Assembly (NCBI RefSeq): GCF_006345805.1
Contig: NC_043006.1
Coordinates: 29,202,001 to 29,266,000, forward strand
Reading direction: 5' to 3'
Length of the DNA: 64,000 nt
Source of the DNA: Octopus sinensis
Taxonomy: Eukaryota
The number at the start of each line of letters is the position of its first letter. Position 1 is the first letter of the stretch. The notes under the pieces are model-generated. The model did no database searches and had not been told where the DNA came from. It worked only from the letters and a program-made list of their open reading frames with translations. Below are positions 59,671-64,000 of this stretch, in pieces. The position numbers and the translations under genes are program-made.

Positions 59671-59959
59671 TAATCAGCTTTATTAGCTTATATACAGTTG
59701 ACTCAGAGATAAGTGCATGTGCATCACCTTTTTTTATATTTTTGGCAGGGATGTTTTCCATGAATGTAAATGCTTTCCCACTTCATTTTGGAAGCTATAA
59801 GTGCACTGCGTCTTATAGCGGAAACAACAGTAAGCTAATGAGGGTGATTTCTTAATTCCTGTTTTCTTGTCATTTATTTAATTTCATATTATGTTCAGAA
59901 CTCAACTAACACTTTTTTCATACTTCTATATTTACTCTGAGTCAGCTGATGTTACCAAT

Positions 59960-61180
59960 TCCACTCGTGCCTCCAACGCTTCGACAACCTAATCTTTGAG
60001 AGACTCCAATGCTTAGTCAATGTCAGACTCTCTCCAACATTCTGCAATCAGGCTGCATTGCCCAAACAATTTGGAGGTCTTGGTCTCCATAAGTGTTCGT
60101 CCCTCTCTCTCCCCAGTTTCCTTTCCTCCACCCACACCTCCTGCTCCACCCTGGTGAGCAACATCCTCTCCTCTCCAACATGTACCAGTTCCAACAGGGA
60201 GTCAGATGAAGCTCTCCAGCATTGGAGGGAATTGGGCTTGTCTGTCCCTGAGAAGGTGGAGGGCTGTCGGAGTCAGAGAGCTTGGGATAACATCATTCCG
60301 AAGGCCACCTTCGACTCCCTCTTCATCCAGTCGGACCAGTTTTCAAGGTGCTGCTTACTGCCTGCTAGTGCCAAATACTCAGTTGACTGGGTTGATGACA
60401 TCCATCTGGCTAATGTTGGTGGTCTACTCAGCTTGGACGAACTTCGTGTCCCCATTGCCCTCAGAATAGGAGCTGACATATGCATGGGTTTGATCTGTTG
60501 TTGTGGCAGGCTCCTTGACTCCACAGGCCTCCATGGTCTTTCTTGCCGCCTGAATGCTGGTTGCTTCACGCGTCATACGGAGTTGAACCTGATACTTAAG
60601 AGGAGCTTGGCCCAGGCAAACATCCCTTCCATCTTGGAACCATCTGGATTGTCCAGATGTGAAGGGAAGAGACCTGACAGCCTCACCCTGTGCCTCTGGC
60701 CACAAGGCATATGCCTTGTCTGGGATGTCACAGTTAGCAACTCCTTTGCTTCTTCTCACATCCAGGATGCTGCAGTCAGGGTGAGATCCACAACTTCTGT
60801 GGCCGAGCAGAACAAAATCCTGAAATACCACGATCTGTCGGCCAACTACATTTTCCATCCTGCAGCGCTCAAGATGTTTGGTGGGGTTGGACCACTAACT
60901 GAGATTCCTGTCTTCATTGACAACTTGTATTGCAGAGGTAACTGGTGAGGCTTGTGAGGGCGCTTGGCTGTTCCAGCGCATCAGCCTCACCATCACTCGC
61001 AGCAATGCTGCAAGTGTGCTGGCGTGTCTCAGTAGGCATTAGAGAGGTTTCCTAGTGCTCCCAATTTTTCAATGCAAGGCGGTGAATTGTTTTGGTTTTT
61101 TTTCTTTTAATTTTTTCAATTGTGTTCTGTGTTTTATCCACATGTAAATAAATTTAAATTTCATTAAAATTAAGAAAAAC
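59960..61180 (+). mobile_element. CRE-like non-LTR retrotransposon 3' part with a restriction-like endonuclease
   Basis: QAALPKQFGGLGL thumb motif, CCCG...HGLSC zinc knuckle, RH, KRPD, WDVTV, C-terminal QRISLTITRSNAASVLAC stop at 61042, then an A-rich tail. Confidence 0.8.
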
Positions 61181-61843
61181 AAACTAATTCTGAAGCTCAT
61201 GTAGAGGATGGTCCAAAAGTCTTGTCACTCCCTACTGAAAAGTAATAAGAATGATATAATAATATCAAACACATATACTGGTTTTAGTATATTCACTTTG
61301 ATTGACACTGACACTGTCACACATCAAGAAGGTCTGTATGAACACCATTTTCATAGCACAAAAGGATGTGGTGCCATGTCCTGTGTGATATCTTACGAAG
61401 CTGTTGGTGCTCATACAAACCTTCTCAATGCGTAACAGTGTCAGTGTCAATCAAAGTGAGTATACTAAAACCAGTTGAATGTGTTTGATATTATTGTATT
61501 GTTCCTAAGGCGGCGAGCTGGCAGAAACGTTAGCATGCTGGGTGAAATGCTTAGCGGTATTTCGTCTGCCGTTATGTTCAGAGTTCAAATTCTGCCAACA
61601 TTGACTTTGCCTTTCATCCTTTCAGGGTCAATAAATAAAGTACCAGTTGCATACTGGGGTCAATCTAATCGACTGGCCCCCTCCCCCCAAAATTTCAGAC
61701 ATTTTTCCTAGAGTAGAAAAGATTATTATATTGTTCTTCTGTTATTCTTATTACTCTTCGGTAGAGGGTGACAAGACTTTCGGTCCACCCAATAGAGTGA
61801 GTTCTAACACCGGGTTATTAGTATCGCTATGTCTAAGTGAAAT

Positions 61844-62600
61844 CGGTAAATTTCTGTATTTACACCTGCACGATTTTCATTAAAAAAAAAAAAAAACTCA
61901 GATTTTTTGCATGGTATCAAGTACCCTGACCTCCTGATATGCTGCTAATTCTTTATTTTGGTTTGGAAAAAGGGAGTGCGAGGGGGGGGGGGACCCCGCC
62001 CCCATCCCAGAATCATTGGAAATTTTTTTTTTCGTTGAATGAATTCCTGTGACCTCCTAATATGCCACAAAACTCTTTTTGGGGTCCGAAAATCGGGGTG
62101 GGGTGAGGTGGAAGCCTCGGAAAGTTCACCTTCACCCCCATTGATCTTTTCACTCGCACGATCTTCACTAAGGAAAAAAAAAACCGGATTTTTTGGCGTG
62201 GAATCAAGTATCCTGACATCCTAATATGCTGCAAATCCCTTATTTTGGTTCGGAAAAAAAGGTGGGGCGGTCATCCCACTTTTTTTCGTGCGGATGAAAA
62301 GATCAATGGGGTGGGGGTGAAATTTCTGAGGCTTCCACCTCACCCCACCCCGTTTTTCGGACCCCCAAAAGGGTTTTGTAGCATATTAATGATATCACAG
62401 GAATTCATTCAACGAAAAAAAAAATTTCCAATGATTCCGCGAACGAGGGAGACCCCCTTCGCCCCACCCCTTTCCGAACCAAAATAAGGGATAGCATATT
62501 AGGAGTTCAGGGAACTTGATTCCACGCAAAAAATCCGAGTTTTTTTTTTTTTTTTTTTTCTTAGTGAAAATCGTGCGGGTGTTAATATAGAAATTTGCCG
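61844..62600. mobile_element. Foldback/MITE-like element with ~300-bp imperfect inverted arms and an internal direct copy of the outer module
   Basis: Left CGGTAAATTTCTGTATTTTACACCTGCACGATTTTCA...A-run...CTCAGATTTTTTGC matches the reverse complement of the right end; module order A-B-A'-B(inv)-A(inv). Confidence 0.75.
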
Positions 62601-63042
62601 TGAAATCATTACACACACGCACATACACATTGAATTTTAAGGATTTTATCGAAAGTAACATTTATGAAATAGCATGCGACAATATATTTAGGAATCATAA
62701 GCAATAGATTTTTCTATGGTGATTATCTATTCTACGTTGAAATGCTTTCGGGAAATCTTGAAATAGCTGTGAAAAGAGCAACGACGTGCGAAATGCCAAA
62801 AAATTTTACAGCAAAACCAGCCACACTATGGAGATATGTAAATTCTGGAAATGAAATAAATATAGAAAAATGTGTGTATGTTTTGGTTTTTGCTTTGTTT
62901 TACTTTGGTATATAAAAATAAACATGTTAAAAAGCCGATCCAGATTCCAGCCACAGTTGTTGGCCTTTGTACGCTAAATTAATCGAGGACGTGAAAAATA
63001 CGACACCGTTTCAAAGCGCTCGCACTCTTTTCATGTAAAAGT

Positions 63043-63139
63043 ATGGAGCTGACAAATAATATAAAGTCTGTTTTTGATAAAGCTGTTAAATCCGAGAAAA
63101 CAAACAAAGAAGAATCTATAGAATTGTTGACAAATGTTT
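63043..63139 (+). CDS. PSMD11: Probable first coding exon of a 26S proteasome non-ATPase regulatory subunit 11 (Rpn6)-like gene (MELTNNIKSVFDKAVKSEKTNKEESIELLTNV, phase 1); the rest lies beyond the window
   Basis: ATG at 63043 and a strong donor GTAAGT at 63140. FDKAVKSEKTNKEESIELLTNV aligns ungapped to the PSMD11 N-terminus as I recall it ([22 protein letters not shown]). Only 32 codons, so the identity is tentative. Confidence 0.55.
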
Positions 63140-63738
63140 GTAAGTAATTATATTTGTTATATTAGTATTGGCACTTGTACAAATTGATAATTTTAATTAT
63201 TGCTGACTCACATGGGAGCAGTCATTGTTTGTGTCGTGACTCGAGACACAAATTTACCGGTTTTTATCCCTTTGTTTTTAATTCACTTCTTTCTAGAGAA
63301 ATGATTATTTATGATTGTATTATATATATATATATCAAACATATCCCTGATAGAAAGTTTCACCGCTATTTCTTGTTTATTAATTTATAACGTTTTTTTT
63401 TTTATTATTTCAAATCAAATGCATTTTTAAAAATGTAATTCATTATTACATTTATAGATAAAATTCCAGTTCCTTGGATTACTTGCATGTAAATTGGATC
63501 TTTGTATGTAAATTATCGAAAGAGAATGTGATTCCTCACTTCTCACTCGCCCTCATATTATTTGGGATCACGCAATATTTTCCTTAATTCAATTGAAACT
63601 CTCTAAATTCTGTTCATGGATGCAAAGTATCGCCTGTCCAAACTTTAATCAAACTTATTTTCCTAATTTTATTAAACTGTGATGAACTAAAACTTTGTTG
63701 TTAGTATTTAACTCTAGATCTGCGCTAAACTTGTAAAC

Positions 63739-63893
63739 CAGTGGTTCCCAACATTTCCACTACCAAAGACCCCTTTTATTTAAATGAGTTTTCTCACATA
63801 CCCCTTTTAATATGCTTGTCCTTATGTGAAATTTTGAATTTAGTTTACAGACCCCCAGTACTACCTTTGCGGACCACAGGTTGGGAACCACCG
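63739..63893. mobile_element. hAT-like MITE (155 bp)
   Basis: 14-bp TIRs with one mismatch: CAGTGGTTCCCAAC and GTTGGGAACCACCG; partly matching 8-bp flanks (TTGTAAAC / ATGTACAT). Confidence 0.65.
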
Positions 63894-64000
63894 ATGTACA
63901 TTTAATATGAAAATTATTCTAGTTTTAATCATTCCGACTCTGTTAGCCAAACGTATCATTTTTAGGCGGAGGTAAAGAATACATACACCACCCGTTTTCG

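Noticed and set aside
59003-59832. Possible Tc/pogo-like non-autonomous element bounded by CTATA...CGCAGTGCA inverted motifs
   Set aside because: The right end resembles a TIR but the left end is too degenerate to fix boundaries

Overview
This is AT-rich, intron-rich eukaryotic (animal) genomic DNA. The SINE, RTE and microsatellite content resembles Octopus, which is an inference from repeat appearance, not from a search. One complete gene can be assembled by hand on the + strand: an 11-exon secreted purple acid phosphatase (ACP7/PAPL-like, ATG 19876 to TAA 52621, 444 aa). All ten introns are GT-AG and all five metal-ligand motifs are present. A probable first coding exon of a PSMD11/Rpn6-like proteasome lid gene lies at 63043-63139. 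Nearly everything else is transposon-derived: two decayed Ty3/Gypsy elements; RTE, CR1-like, R4-like and CRE non-LTR fragments; a Tc1 transposon; MITE/foldback elements; many SINEs; and several Penelope-like elements (PLEs). Most notable: (i) a young PLE with an open 982-aa RT + GIY-YIG ORF sits sense inside ACP7 intron 2 between two ~780-bp direct repeats, each carrying a minimal hammerhead-ribozyme-like fold with a non-canonical core, and related folds recur in other repeats with covarying stems; (ii) an 8-unit heat-shock-element array lies upstream of a TATA box in a Gypsy LTR; (iii) there are several long inverted repeats, including a 59-bp perfect palindrome, inverted SINEs bracketing exon 2 and a ~760-bp foldback just upstream of the PSMD11-like exon. 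Exon, hammerhead, HSE, TIR and tandem-repeat coordinates were counted by hand; boundaries of decayed repeats are approximate.
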